Part shown: piece by piece, positions 49,369 through 61,700 of the stretch
Layout of the letters: each line of letters starts with the position of its first letter
How positions within the stretch are numbered: the stretch's first letter is position 1
From: Utricularia gibba
Taxonomy: Eukaryota > Plantae > Magnoliophyta
Length of the DNA stretch: 64,000 nt
Reading direction: 5' to 3'
NCBI GenBank assembly: GCA_002189035.1
Contig: NEEC01000004.1
Coordinates: 186,001-250,000, forward strand
Made by a program: the position numbers and the translations under genes
Notes under the pieces: generated by a model
Databases searched by the model: none
Seen by the model: the letters and a program-made list of their open reading frames with translations, nothing else
What the model was told of the DNA's origin: nothing

Positions 49369-49542
49369 TCAGGAATCTTCCCCCGACTTTCCGGGCTTTC
49401 GGTATTTTTCTTCCACCTGCTTCGCGCTGAAGAGAAGTTCATTAACGGTCTTCTTGATGTTGGGGATTTTGTAGGTCTGGGCTATGTAAATACCGCAGAC
49501 AGTTCCCGAAATGAACCAGAAACTGCTCCGGATTATGCCCAT
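49369..49542 (-). CDS. DUF4535 / STMP1-like short transmembrane protein (57 aa)
   Basis: Hand translation gives MGIIRSSFWFISGTVCGIYIAQTYKIPNIKKTVNELLFSAKQVEEKYRKPGKSGEDS-stop, matching the recalled family pattern GxxxGIYxAQxYxxPN...EExYRKP. It falls below the ORF track length cutoff. Confidence 0.85.
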   Translation of the reverse strand: MGIIRSSFWFISGTVCGIYIAQTYKIPNIKKTVNELLFSAKQVEEKYRKPGKSGEDS

Positions 49543-49844
49543 TTCTGAAACAAACGTCTCAAATTGTTTCTCCGATCACCACGAACTGAATCAAGTCAAG
49601 AGCGATTAGGGTTTGCTGCTCTTCTCCGTTGAGAGTTATCCCTTTCATTTCGAAAATTAAATATTTTTTAATCCTTTTGAATTTGGTTATTAATTAAAAA
49701 TAAAAACCATGGGCTGGATTTTCTTTATTACAAGCTCATTATTTTTTTCTGCGCCCGAGTGACAAACAGTTACCCCTTCGGCGGCGGGAGTTTCAAAGGA
49801 AATGCCTAAATTAGCGCCATTTTTTGAACCCTAAATGTGCGCAA
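49543..49844. promoter_or_regulatory. Compact bidirectional promoter / 5' region between the DUF4535 gene and thymidylate kinase
   Basis: Divergent ATGs 302 bp apart. Telo-box motifs tagggttt (49607-49614) and aaccctaa (~49827), and a TGGGCT site II motif near 49710. Confidence 0.5.
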
Positions 49845-51767
49845 ATGCTTCGTTACCAGACAAGCCAGGTCATCAAGAGGGTCCGTTTGCGCGACTCCGC
49901 TTCCCGCGGCTGCGCCAATTTGAAGAAATTTGGAGGTAGCGCGCATTCTTCTTCGGTTCAAATTCTTCGACCCGCGAATTTGAAATTTGAAGTCTTTAAC
50001 GGACCTCCACTGTGCTCTCTGAAAGCAAACCCCCTCTGTGTCAGGTAACTGGAATGTTCTGTACTACTTTTTTCTTTTCCATTCTGTCTCTCTGAGTGAA
50101 TTGGTTGATGTAATCGTCTGGGGTTTTTTAAGATTGTTGTTGTTGGGGATTTTGGTAATGGAAAGTTATTCGCACGCCCCGGTGTTGAGGTTTCTTTTTC
50201 TTTTGTATAGAGTCTGTTTTATTTCTTATTTTGTTTTTGCATGCCGCGCTGTTTTGCGCTCACTAGATGCTCGATGAAATGCTGTTAATGATCGGTTGCA
50301 TAAATGGATTATTGATGGGATGTTGCATTTTGATGTATTTTTGCATTGTTTGTTAGTGTCGAGAGATCTGAATAAAAATGCTACGCTTCCATGTTTATTC
50401 AGAAATTTCATTTCAACGATTGCAAAGAAATCCTTTTTCCCCGACAAAGAGTTGAAGCTTCGATTCAAGTGCTCAGCCAAGACAGTTCACATGGAAGGCA
50501 AACCAAGGGGTGCGTTAATTGTTCTTGAAGGCCTTGATCGCTGTGGGAAAACCTCTCAGTGCAACAGGCTATTCTCGTACCTCCAAGAATCCGGGAAATC
50601 AGTTGAATCATGGAGATTCCCTGATCGAAATACAGGGGTTGGCCAGATGATATCTTCTTATCTTGCAAACAAGTCAGATTTGGATGACCGTACAATCCAT
50701 CTTCTCTTCAGTGCCAATCGTTGGGAGAAAAGGTTACATTGTGCTCTTGATGTTATTTCATCTGAAGGTTTTTTCTTTATCACATGGTACTCGAAATTCC
50801 ACCCTTGCATTTGCAATTTTAGATCACTCATGGAGTCAAAGCTAATGGATGGAACTACATTGATTGTTGACCGTTATTCATTCTCTGGGGTCGCGTTTTC
50901 TTCTGCCAAAGGACTTGATCTCGAGTGGTGTAAGGTTGAATTGCTATCTAAGAGCCATCTTCCTACCAGCAATGAATCACTTTCTGACTTCGATGGTGTA
51001 TAATTTTGCAGGCGCCAGAGGCAGGATTGATAGCACCTGATTTAGTGATATACCTTGATATATCACCAGAGGTTTGTGAATTCTAATGACGCACTTTTAT
51101 CTTAGAACAACAAATCAATTGCATAGGTCCTGCTGATGCATCAGTTTCTCAAGTACTCGAATATTTATTAATAATGATTACCATTCGTTTTTTTCTGTTT
51201 CTTATTGTTCTAAAACACATTGTAGCACATCTTAGGATAACCTTCTTCATATTCTGAAATAAACCTATATGGGCAAACTTTCAGAAAGCGTCTGAAAGGG
51301 GTGGTTATGGAGATGAGAGGTATGAGCACCTTGAATTTCAGAAGAAAGTTGCCTCATCCTATTCAAAGTTATGGGATGCAACTTGGAAGGTAATCAACAT
51401 TCTCAATGCTCAGTCTATTGAATTGGAAAGTGAACGCAAAAAGTGGCAGATGAAAACATGTTGTGTAGCAAAGTTGTTTCCATGAGAAGCAGAGTTATTC
51501 TTTGGTATCTTCATCTGCTGTTGATGTTGTGTTTACATTATCCGTCATAGATTTGTCTCTACTACATGCTTATTTCAAGGAGGTTTACAAAGGAAAAGCA
51601 TGGTAGATTAGAGAAGTTTTTCAAGAATTTGATCCCGGACTGTCATGCAGATTGTGAATGCTTCCCTGGCAGTGGAGGAAGTCGAGAGCTTGCTGAAGGA
51701 AGCTGTTGATGACTGTGTGCAGATGTGCCAAAAGGGGAAGCCTCTCTCATACATGTGGCGTGACTGA
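49845..51767 (+). CDS. TMPK: Thymidylate kinase with a spliced N-terminal extension (second ATG at 50491)
   Basis: P-loop LEGLDRCGKTSQ, LLFSANRWE, DRYSFSG and GEERYE-type motifs. Exons 49845-50044, 50403-50732, 50823-50934, 51012-51071, 51285-51389 and 51651-51767. Confidence 0.92.
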
Positions 51768-52128
51768 GTTTTCTCCATTAGACGCTCCCCTGTGCCTGGC
51801 CTGACCCTACTCCTGTTCTTTTTCTTCTGTTGTGCTGTGGGGTTTGAAGCCTTGGTGAAAGCATATGCCTTGGTCAAATATGAAACCATATAATATTTAT
51901 AAACTTTATAAAAAGATATTGAATTGAAACAGAATGAGTATCTGGTCGTACATACGTTTATTTTCTTTACAATTCTTTTAAGTCGACAAATTGACTAAAC
52001 TAAATAGACAAAAATTAAACCTTTCTCTAATAACGGAGACTGTACGACTAGTTTTAAGCAATCAATTTGATTAAGGAACAATTAAACCGATTGTTTAACT
52101 GACGGTTGAATAACCAACTTGTAGCCAC

Positions 52129-52863
52129 CTAATTACGCCATCCACGTGAAGTTGGAGCCAGACACAGCGCAGTTTCCACGTCCATTCTGCATGCAAACCA
52201 CAGGGACTCCATCCGCCACACATCGCACGCAAATACTTTATTCCAGTTGTGCCCACGCTTCGTACACTGACTCATCCTCGCCATGCATGTAAAGCCAGGG
52301 GTGTTCTCGGGAAGCTCTTTTTTAACTATCAGCGACACCCTTCCCTCCCCCACCGTTCTCCGGTACGCTTCGTTAACCCACACCACGTTGTACATGCCGT
52401 CCGATACGAATCCCGGACACGTGTCGGTATCCAGATTCCGCATCCTATCCGTGTCCGGAATCCCTGCTCCACCCCCCTCAAACTTGTCCCCCACGCCTTC
52501 CACGATTATCGTCGTTTCGATTACTCCACCCGTATCCGACTTCTCACCGTAAATGACGGCCTCGTTTTCGTCGTTCACAGACGCCGCGGCGCTTGGTTTT
52601 GTCTCCAGTCTCTCCGGTAACAACTGAAGCGTCCCTCGCGGCTGCAACCGGTCGGTCCTTTCCGATCTACCGACACCGGTCATCGTCCGCGGCCTTCCGC
52701 GTTTCCTACTGCTGCCGCATCCGCTATCAACCGTCCGTTGAAGTCTCAATTCATCGTGGATCGGGTGGTGTACTCCGGCCGGCTTCGGCGCGATCGGGCG
52801 GAATCTGAGCATGATGCGGTCTGGTCCAGGGACGGAGTCAGTAATATTTTGAATTTTCCCCAT
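52129..52863 (-). CDS. Plant-specific MLRFRPIAPKP protein (AITR/DIG-related as recalled)
   Basis: Intronless 244-aa ORF with RFRPIAPKP, CPGFVSD...WVNEAYRR and CDVWRM...RMDVETALCL motifs. Confidence 0.75.
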   Translation of the reverse strand: MGKIQNITDSVPGPDRIMLRFRPIAPKPAGVHHPIHDELRLQRTVDSGCGSSRKRGRPRTMTGVGRSERTDRLQPRGTLQLLPERLETKPSAAASVNDENEAVIYGEKSDTGGVIETTIIVEGVGDKFEGGGAGIPDTDRMRNLDTDTCPGFVSDGMYNVVWVNEAYRRTVGEGRVSLIVKKELPENTPGFTCMARMSQCTKRGHNWNKVFACDVWRMESLWFACRMDVETALCLAPTSRGWRN

Positions 52864-52973
52864 CGGGAAGTGAGGGATTTCAGCGAGATTTGCGGCGGGA
52901 CGTTGTGACGGGAAGCGAGAATGTAGTGTAAATAAAGCACAAGGGTGTGGAGATCAACGGAGCGGAGAGCGCA

Positions 52974-53415
52974 ACGTGGCAAGATCCGCGGTTGGGTGCG
53001 GAGACACCTTGCCTTCATGCCCCTATTTTTGGACGGATGATGATGGGAGTTAGTGGAGGAGTCGAGTAGAAGGATACGAGATCGCCGACACGGGGACACG
53101 TGGGTCGTATATTCGGGTGAAAGAATTCGACCCGCACATGTTCAACAAAAGCGTTCTCAACCGCCACTAAAACTTTATAACCAGCCAATTCGGAAACTCC
53201 TCTCGTGCTCGTAACACAAAGCTCATTTTGGATAAAGCTGGTGAAATGTGATTGGTGGGAATAAATAAGTGGGCCCCGTGAAGATAAAAAGTAGATCTCG
53301 CGAATGGGACGTCATTCCAGTCAGCCAATGGGAGACAACCACATCGCCTTCGTCACGTGGAATGGGCCCACCCATAAAATATAATCTCAGTGACTCTATC
53401 GCGTCGCGACGCGTG
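52974..53415. promoter_or_regulatory. ABRE/G-box cluster upstream of the MLRFRPIAPKP gene
   Basis: ACGTGGC at 52974, CACGTG at 53097 and 53354, ACGCGTG at 53409. Confidence 0.5.
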
Positions 53416-54575
53416 GCGATCGACTTCAGTATCAGGTTTTGAAATTGATGCATTCCTGGTGATGACTGATAAATTCTATAATCTCTAGGATAATATATAT
53501 AAATTCAGCTAGCAATTATTATCAATAATTTAATTTCAGAAGAAATTTGAAAATTTTGAAATATCAACTAATTTGAGCCACGGTCCTCTTCCTCCTCTTC
53601 ACCCTCTCTCCCCAGTAACCAACTCAAGAGCGACACAATAATTAATAAAAAAATTACAATAATATGGTTATTTATTTCATATATTATCTGACAAATGGTC
53701 AATTTCATAATTCACACTGGTTATGCCTTGTTTGTTGTGCTGTTATGATAGATAAATTCAGCAAGTGATATATATTTTCCTCCTTTTTTTATTCTTATTA
53801 TGTTGGAAGAGCTTTACAATTCTTGTAAGAATAGGTTGGTTTTCTTGGGTGATTCATCTTGTCTCCATCGGGGTTTAATGCATAGATATGATGATTGGAT
53901 CCCGATTTTGGAAGGGTGCAATCAAGGGGCGATTGGTAATGGCGAATTCGCCATCGATCCCAATTTCCATTATATAAAATCCTTGTTCCAGCCCACCGAC
54001 GACAGATCTGCTGTCTGCGGGGCCCATGGTGCTCTGGAGCCCACCCTGCTGTCTCACCTCTCACTTTCTCTCTCGCTCGGTGTGCGAGTTTTATGTTTAC
54101 GTGAGTTTCACTCACTACGCTTCCACAAAACCAACCGTTACACCGCCTTCGGACCCTTCTCTATTCAAATCAACTGTGCATACTGGGCATCAGTGTATTT
54201 ATCTATGTACGTATTCCGAATTCTGATCGGCAATTATTGCGAAACTGTCTAGTAACCAGTCGGTACATGTGCAGGCTGAACGGTGCTGCTGGACTTCTGT
54301 CCACTAAATGGAGCCAGTTTTCGGAGTCTGCTTCTTGATGGAGGAAGAAAGAAAGAAAGAAAGAAACTTCAAGAGACCCATTACGAAATAGTGCATGTGG
54401 CGTCTTCTTTTGCCTTTAGTTTTTCCGATTAGATAAGACTGGGTCCTTTATTGAATGCTGATTCTACTGTTCAACTGCCTCCATTATTCGCCTTTCTTTT
54501 TGTTGTCTTTCTTGTGAAGTTGATTTTCATCATTTTTGGCGCGGGGACAAGGAGAAGAAGGTATGCCACGGAGTT

Positions 54576-57423
54576 ATGCAAATGGGGTTATCAAGTACTT
54601 TGGTCTCGGTGTTTCTTTCGTGGGTCTTCTTTGCTTCAGTCACTCATCAGTTGAAAAACTACGAAACCCAGGTTCTTTTGCAGTTGAGAAAGCATTTGGA
54701 GTACCCTGTGTTCTTGAGTGTTTGGGAAAATTACACTGCTGATTTATGTTTGGTGGACTCTCCGCCTAATCTGAGCATCAAGTGTGAGAACGAATCTGTT
54801 GTTGAACTCAGAATTGTAGGAAACCAGTCATCAATGATCCAGGAGTTTGTGGGATATGCTGTTCCGAATCAAACGTTGTCCCCAGGTTTCTCCATTGATT
54901 CTTTTATTACCACGTTGACAAGGTTGTCTAGCTTAAAGGTCATCAGCTTAGTGTCTCTAGGAATCTGGGGACCACTTCCTGCAAAAATTCATCGCCTCTA
55001 TTCACTCGAAGCTTTAGATATGAGTTCAAATTTCATGTTTGGTTCAATTCCACCTGAAATGTCGAGGATGGTAGAGCTACGGAGTTTGATATTTGATGGG
55101 AACTTCTTCAATGGTACGGTTCCTGACTGGTTGCCTTCGTTGAAAAACCTCACAATATTGAACTTGAAGAACAACAGGTTTAAGGGTCAAGTTCCTAATT
55201 CAGTGTCAAGCACTAAAGCTCTGAATGAACTTGTGTTGTCCCATAATTTTCTCTCAGGAAAGTTGCCTGATCTGAGGAGCCTATGTGACTTGCAGCTGGT
55301 AGATTTGAGGGATAACAAGCTGCACTCTATCCTCCCTCCTCTGCCAAAGGGGCTTTCAAATCTTTTTCTCAGCAACAATTCCTTTTCTGGGAGTATACCT
55401 GAACAACTTGGTGAACTAAAGATGCTTCAGCATCTTGATTTATCAGTGAATAATCTCAGTGGAACGCCACCTACGATACTCTTCTCTTTACCCAATCTTA
55501 GTTACTTGAATTTGTCCACCAATTCTCTCACGGGATCACTTTCTAAGCATTTGCATTGTGGAGATGCACTTAGTCTGGTTGATATTTCAAATAACAGATT
55601 ACTAGGCCAGCTTCCTAAATGTTTGGATACTGATGCCGATAACAGAATGGTGACTATTGGCAGGAATTGCTTCTCTGTTAATGCAAGGGGTCAGCTTCCG
55701 GAAGCACATTGTGAGCAGAATGTTAATCGAAAAGGAAACAAGATCAGGAAAATAGCTATTATGGCTTCTGTGATTGTGGGTGCTGTACTTGCTGCGGCCA
55801 TCATCATTGTTGCTGCAATCCTACTTTTTAGAAGATATTGTGGGCGGGAGCCTGTTGTTCAGCATGCCCCATCCAAAAATCAGCAAGACGATCCACCATC
55901 GGCAATTTCCTCTGATTTACTAGCAAGTGCCAGTATGTTGTGTTCATAAGCTATCAAGAAAAAGTAACGGTTCTCTAGGAAAAGTGTTGATTTTTTTTTT
56001 TCTTTTTTCAGGGTTCATTTCAGAGGTAGCAAAGGTGGGGGAAATCAAGGAGCTCCATCATACAATGTTTTCTCCATTGAACAACTCGATGAAGCTACAA
56101 AACACTTTGATGAATCCAATTTTCTGGGAGCAGGCTCACTTGGAAAGGTATCTATCTAAGCAATGTAGAATGTATTTCTTATTCAATGGCTTTCTTCTTA
56201 TTTTTTTTGGACATTGAGGATGGATTAAGGATATCAATCCTCTTCTCGGAGTTGCAGTTTGTTTTTGGCTTCCATAAGATATTGCATGCATTTCTATAGG
56301 TCTACAAGGGAAAGCTGGACAATAACACCACGATTGTTGTGAGAGAGATTGTTCTGTATAAAAAGTATTCCATTCGGAACCTGAAGCTGCGGCTTAATTT
56401 GTTCTCCAAGCTCCGCCACCCACACTTGGTTGACCTTCTTGGATTTTGCATTGATGAAAGAAAACAAGATGAACCAATCAGTAGACTCTTGCTTGTGCAG
56501 GAGTTTGTCTCAAATGGAAATTACCGCTCACGTCTTGCAGGTACCAACTCTACTCATATTAACTGCCCGTGTATCATGAGAATGATTTGCCCTTGAAAAT
56601 CAAATCATTTTGAAAACGAGTCTGTTTAAGGCTTGGTGCTGAATTTCAACGTTCATCTGCAGAAACATCACCAGAGAAGCTCCTTAAATGGTCAGACAGA
56701 TTATCTATTCTAATTGGTGTAGCCAAGGCCGTTCTTTTCCTGCATACTGGGGTCATCCCTCCTTCTCTAGACAATCGTCTGAAGACGAATAATATACTGA
56801 TTGATGAGCATGGAATTGCAAAGCTTGGTGACTATGGAATGTCCATTCTTGCTGAGGAAATTGAGAAACCTGAGGTAGTGCCTCCATCTATCCCTTTTAG
56901 CATCAGACACAACAGTGATGTCCACCCTGCACCTAACTCGAGTTCCATTGTGTTTTGCAGGTGAAGAGTGATGCAGGAAAATTTGGGTAAGAAGTAAAAT
57001 CCGAAACGTGTCCCCCTCCCACTGAAATTTGCCGCTTATTCCTCCAATACATTATATAATTGCCCTTTCAGGTATATAGTGGAGAGGGACGATGTCTATG
57101 ACTTTGGATTCATTTTGCTTGAATCCCTTGTTGGCTCTGGCAAAGGACAAGTACTGCTGCCAAATGAAACGGCAGTGCATGCATTTGCATCCCTGAGCAG
57201 CCATGATTGGTGGCAGAAAATCGCAGATCCTTGCATTGTAGCCTCGAGCTGTGAGGAGTCACTGTCCATTGTCGTATCGATCACCAAGAAATGCATGTCC
57301 CCTGAAGCGATGGCTCGCCCTTCCTGGGAAGACATCCTCTGGAACCTCCAGTACGCAGCTCAAGTCCAGGCCACGGCTGAGGCAGAGCGTCCAGAAATCA
57401 GACAAGACACTAGAAGAAGCTGA
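54576..57423 (+). CDS. LRR receptor-like kinase, subfamily VI, probably catalytically inactive; one-base frameshift at 56037-56041
   Basis: Signal peptide, plant extracellular LRRs (LxxLxLxxNxLSG), a TM helix, and a kinase-like domain with NRLKTNNILID in place of HRDxKxxN and KLGDYG in place of DFG. Confidence 0.92.
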
Positions 57424-58795
57424 TCGCAAATTGTAATATAGAATGCCTCTCCTCTCTCTCTCTTTCCTTCACACACACCATTCTCTAGCTTGATTGCTTT
57501 GCTGTCTCTCTCTCCGTTTGTCAAATTTTGGGTCGATTATGCTGAATGCAGTCTGCGTACATTTGTATAGTCCTTGATGATGCTTCTTCCTTTGAACTTT
57601 TGCCTTTCTTGTTGATTTGGAAGACTACGTTCAGCTGAACACCACGTGTCCAATCCTTGTTAAGTGGGCCTACGAATCTGCTTATAAAAATAATACGTAT
57701 CATTAGGAGTGTCATCATTACTGTTATTAGGACCATGAAGCATCTAATCCTACGATTACGAAGGGTATTTAACTGCTGTGGACCCCACAGGTCTATTGCT
57801 TTCGCTTTGACGCCTATATTTTCAGCCGCGGCCTACGCTCTAATTTTAGCTGTCTGAAATTTATAATTAGTATTTAATTCAAATTTATGAGCTGAAGTAA
57901 TTAAATTGTTGTGGTTGTTTGATGATTTTTTTGTTTTTTTTAATAAATGGAAAAACGCAGCATTTTTTAGATTCGCCGATGGTTGTACCGTACCACCAGC
58001 CTGTACTAGAAGTTGGAACAAAGAAAACGAAAGAAGTGGTGTTCTGGCGCGGTGTTTCACCTGGTGGCTGCCACCGGCAGGAGCATCTCTCTGATGAGAT
58101 GCGTGAAGGAAAAATGTCTCATGTATGCCGATGCCTGAGGTGAGGTATTTCTCTCCGTGCTTCCGACGCTTATATCCGGCTCTCACACCTGTTGTTGGCA
58201 GTCTTTTTCTTACTTGATCTGACATTGGGAGTTGCTTTCTGTTTTTTTTTTCAATTTCCTGCTTATTTCTCGATTTTGTGACGGTGGTTTCTTTTTTTTT
58301 TGGGTTTTAGTATTTTGATAGGATTTTAGCTAATTGTGTCTGCCGTAGGACAATTAGAAGGTGATTGCTTTATGGCGGTGAGTGGGTGCAAGAGTGGTTA
58401 GATCTAGGCTGCTGTTTTATAATCTGATTGACTATCTGCCGTTTGTTTCCTTCCTGCTTTCTGATTCCTGGATGCTTCTCAATTTTTTTTTCTCATTTGG
58501 TGGAATTTATCACACTTCATCCATGTGTATTTAACTGCATAAGAGATCAAGCATATACTGTGTAGTCGTTGTGGATTCATGGTGGGCTGTTCTGGGGAAT
58601 GGGATTGCACGCTTACCTGCGCGTTTGTCCGTGTGGATTGTCCAAGTCGTTATTCTGTGTCATATAATGCTTTGTCGTAGTTTTATTGGCAGAAACGACC
58701 CTTCACTCTAAGTTTCCTAAATAGTTCGTTGTTTGAGCTGATTATTGTATGAAGTGCCTGCCAAGCAGCGCATTGATGTGACAATCGTCACATCC

Positions 58796-61700
58796 ATGAG
58801 GGCCACAGATGCAAAAGGCGCCGTGGTTCAGTTGGACTACATTATTCGTATCCAGGAGATCAAGCCGTGGCCACCTTCTCAGTCACTTAAGACACTTCGT
58901 TCCGTTCTAATTCAGTGGGAATATGGACCTAGAAAGTCCGGATCTACCAGTCAAGTTGTGCCCTTACTTGGGACTGGGTCTAGTGCTGGTGATGGAAGAA
59001 TTGAATTCAATGAATCCTTCAGGCTTCCAGTGGTTCTCACGCGGGAAAAATCAAACAAAACCAGGAAAGGAGAATACTTTGTGAAGAACTGCATTGAGTT
59101 CAATCTGTATGAACCACGAAGAGACCAAACCGTGAAAGGTCAACTTCTTGGAACTGCTGTCTTGGACTTCGCTGAGTATGGAGTCATTAAACAAAATTTG
59201 GATATTACTGTTTCCATTAATTGCAAGAGGGCATATGGTAATACCGTACAACCTCTTCTATTCCTTAGTCTACAGCGTTATAGAAGTCAGACAAATCTCA
59301 CGAGCAATAGTGTTTTAAGAGAACCTTCAAATGAAGGGAAACATGGGGTAAGTGCTCCTTTTATGGTGAATGAAGAATGTGGGGATGAAGCTGAGAGTGG
59401 CTCACTCACTACAGATGATGATATTTCCTCGCACTCATCACTTGCTGTTGCTTCTTCAACAGCCGGCTCAAATGGCTCTTCTTCCCCTCAAAATAAACAT
59501 GTAAGATGCTTGCTCTGTTACCTCTTTTTTAATTTTCAGGAATTAGTTTTACATTAAACAGTAGCTTTAAACTCTAAGCGCTTTAAATACCAGCTTATTA
59601 TATATTTTTGAATGTAAAGCATGTCAACTGATGCATGCCTTTTCATATCACTGGAAACTCCTTTACAGGATGAAGCTGTGACCGCAAATTGTATTGTTGA
59701 AGTTGTGGAAAATGAAGAAGAATTAGATAAACATGATTCAAAAACAGATGAGGTGCAAACCGCTGCCTCAGATGTGCCTTCTGGGGTATGCTCATCAAAA
59801 TCCTCTTCAATTAATGTGTCTTCAGATATGGCATGGATCTCAAGAAGAATCACATCTCAAAGCAAGGACCCCTTCACAAAGGAAGAGGAAGGGGATGATT
59901 CGTGTGCAAAAAAAAATGAGTATGATATTGAAAGGCAGTCCCCTCGATCAAATGTTGGAAGTGCTGAAAATATGGAGAGTGATCATGGTACTAAAGAGGA
60001 TGTTGGAATTAGTAGTCCCTTTGTTAGAGAATCCACTTTGGAGCATATTGTTCCATTTACTGATGCAAGTGATCTTGTTGGAGGCATAAAAGCATCAACA
60101 ATTAGGGATGATATTGTAGGTAAACAAGAGGCTCAACCACAAGGAATAATATTAGAGCAGGAAGAACATAAGGTCGGCGCTGTGGTTTCAGGTGATATTT
60201 CAAAGGTGCAGATAAAGTTGGAAACTAAGTCTTCCAACGATGAAAGTGCTGCAGTGCCTCACGAGAATTCAAATGTTGACAAATCAAAAAATGGAAAGTC
60301 AGTTCGATCATTGGACTCAAGTAGGAGTCATGCTTCTCCACGTAGCAATTATGTTCCTTCCCCAGATGCTGTTCAAGGTTCCATGAACAGTAACCCTACA
60401 GACAACAAATATTGTAGCGATGATAAAGAAATTAGAATCCAGCATTTGGAACTTAGAATGAAGGATTTGGAGGCAGAGCTGAGGGAAATGGCTGCCATTG
60501 AGGCTAGCATTTATTCTGTTGTTGCTGAACATCGAAGTTCAACAAATAAAGTCCATGCTCCAGCCAGACGCCTCTGGCGGTTCTATTCCCATGCCAGTAA
60601 GCAATATGGAAAATCATCATTGGCGTCCGCAGCTAGAAGTGTTGTGGCTGGATTAGTTTTGGCTGCTAGGGCGTGTGGCAGTGACGTCCCTAGGTATGCA
60701 GTTTAATGAACCTGGCTTGATTATTCGGTGCAGGATTTGTTTATCCTATCATCATAATGCATCTTCTTAAAAAGGTCTCTGCCTCAAAATAAGGAACATT
60801 ATGAAGGACTTCCAAAAAGAACAATATTTCTTTCCCTGATTCATTGTGTTTTCAGGCGTTTATAGTGAGTAGGTCTTATTGAATTATAAAATTGCCATGT
60901 TCCTGTTGAATTTTTTGCCCATGTTCTTTCCCTGTCTGATTCTGGCTTAGATTTCTTGTGTATCTCCTCTTACGGACATTCAAATTAATCGTACAGATTA
61001 ACATTTTGGCTCTCAAACTCCGTAGTGCTGAGAGTGATAGTGAATATGTCTATGGTGGAAAATCAGTTTTCTGATTATCCTGGACCTGGTATCCGAAAAG
61101 CAGATGCCCTTAGCGAAAAGAAGCAACCATCAGCTTTTAAATGGGAAACCTTACCCCGGAAAAGTGTAAGCAATCGCACTTTACATCTTTCTGGTGACTG
61201 GGCCAATCCCTCAACGTTTGCAGCTGCACTGGAAAAGGTTGAGTCATGGATATTTTCTGGAATTATTGAATCGCTTTGGTCTCAGGTAGTAGCAGATCTT
61301 CTTGGGATTTCCTTTCGTTCATTGGAGACAATATAGTGAATCCATACATCTCTATGCTTCATTTTGATATCCAGCATCGTGAATGTTTTTGTTTCCTGTT
61401 ACAGACTTTTACTCCACATATGCAATCTGGTGCAGCCAAAGGTGTCTGCAGAAGTAAGGATTTAGAATCTAGCAAAACATGTGGAAGAAGCATAGATTCA
61501 ACTGAGGGGCAGCAAGCAAATTTTTCTGTTGAACTCTGGAAAAGGGCTTTCAGGGATACGTGTGAAAGGATATGCCCTATTCGTGCTGAAGGACACAACT
61601 GTGGTTGCTTGCCTGTGCTCTTAAAGCTGGTAATTCCTCATTGCCTCACCTATCACGCACACAAATTGAAAGCTCATTCCTAAATGCTGATTTATCTGAT

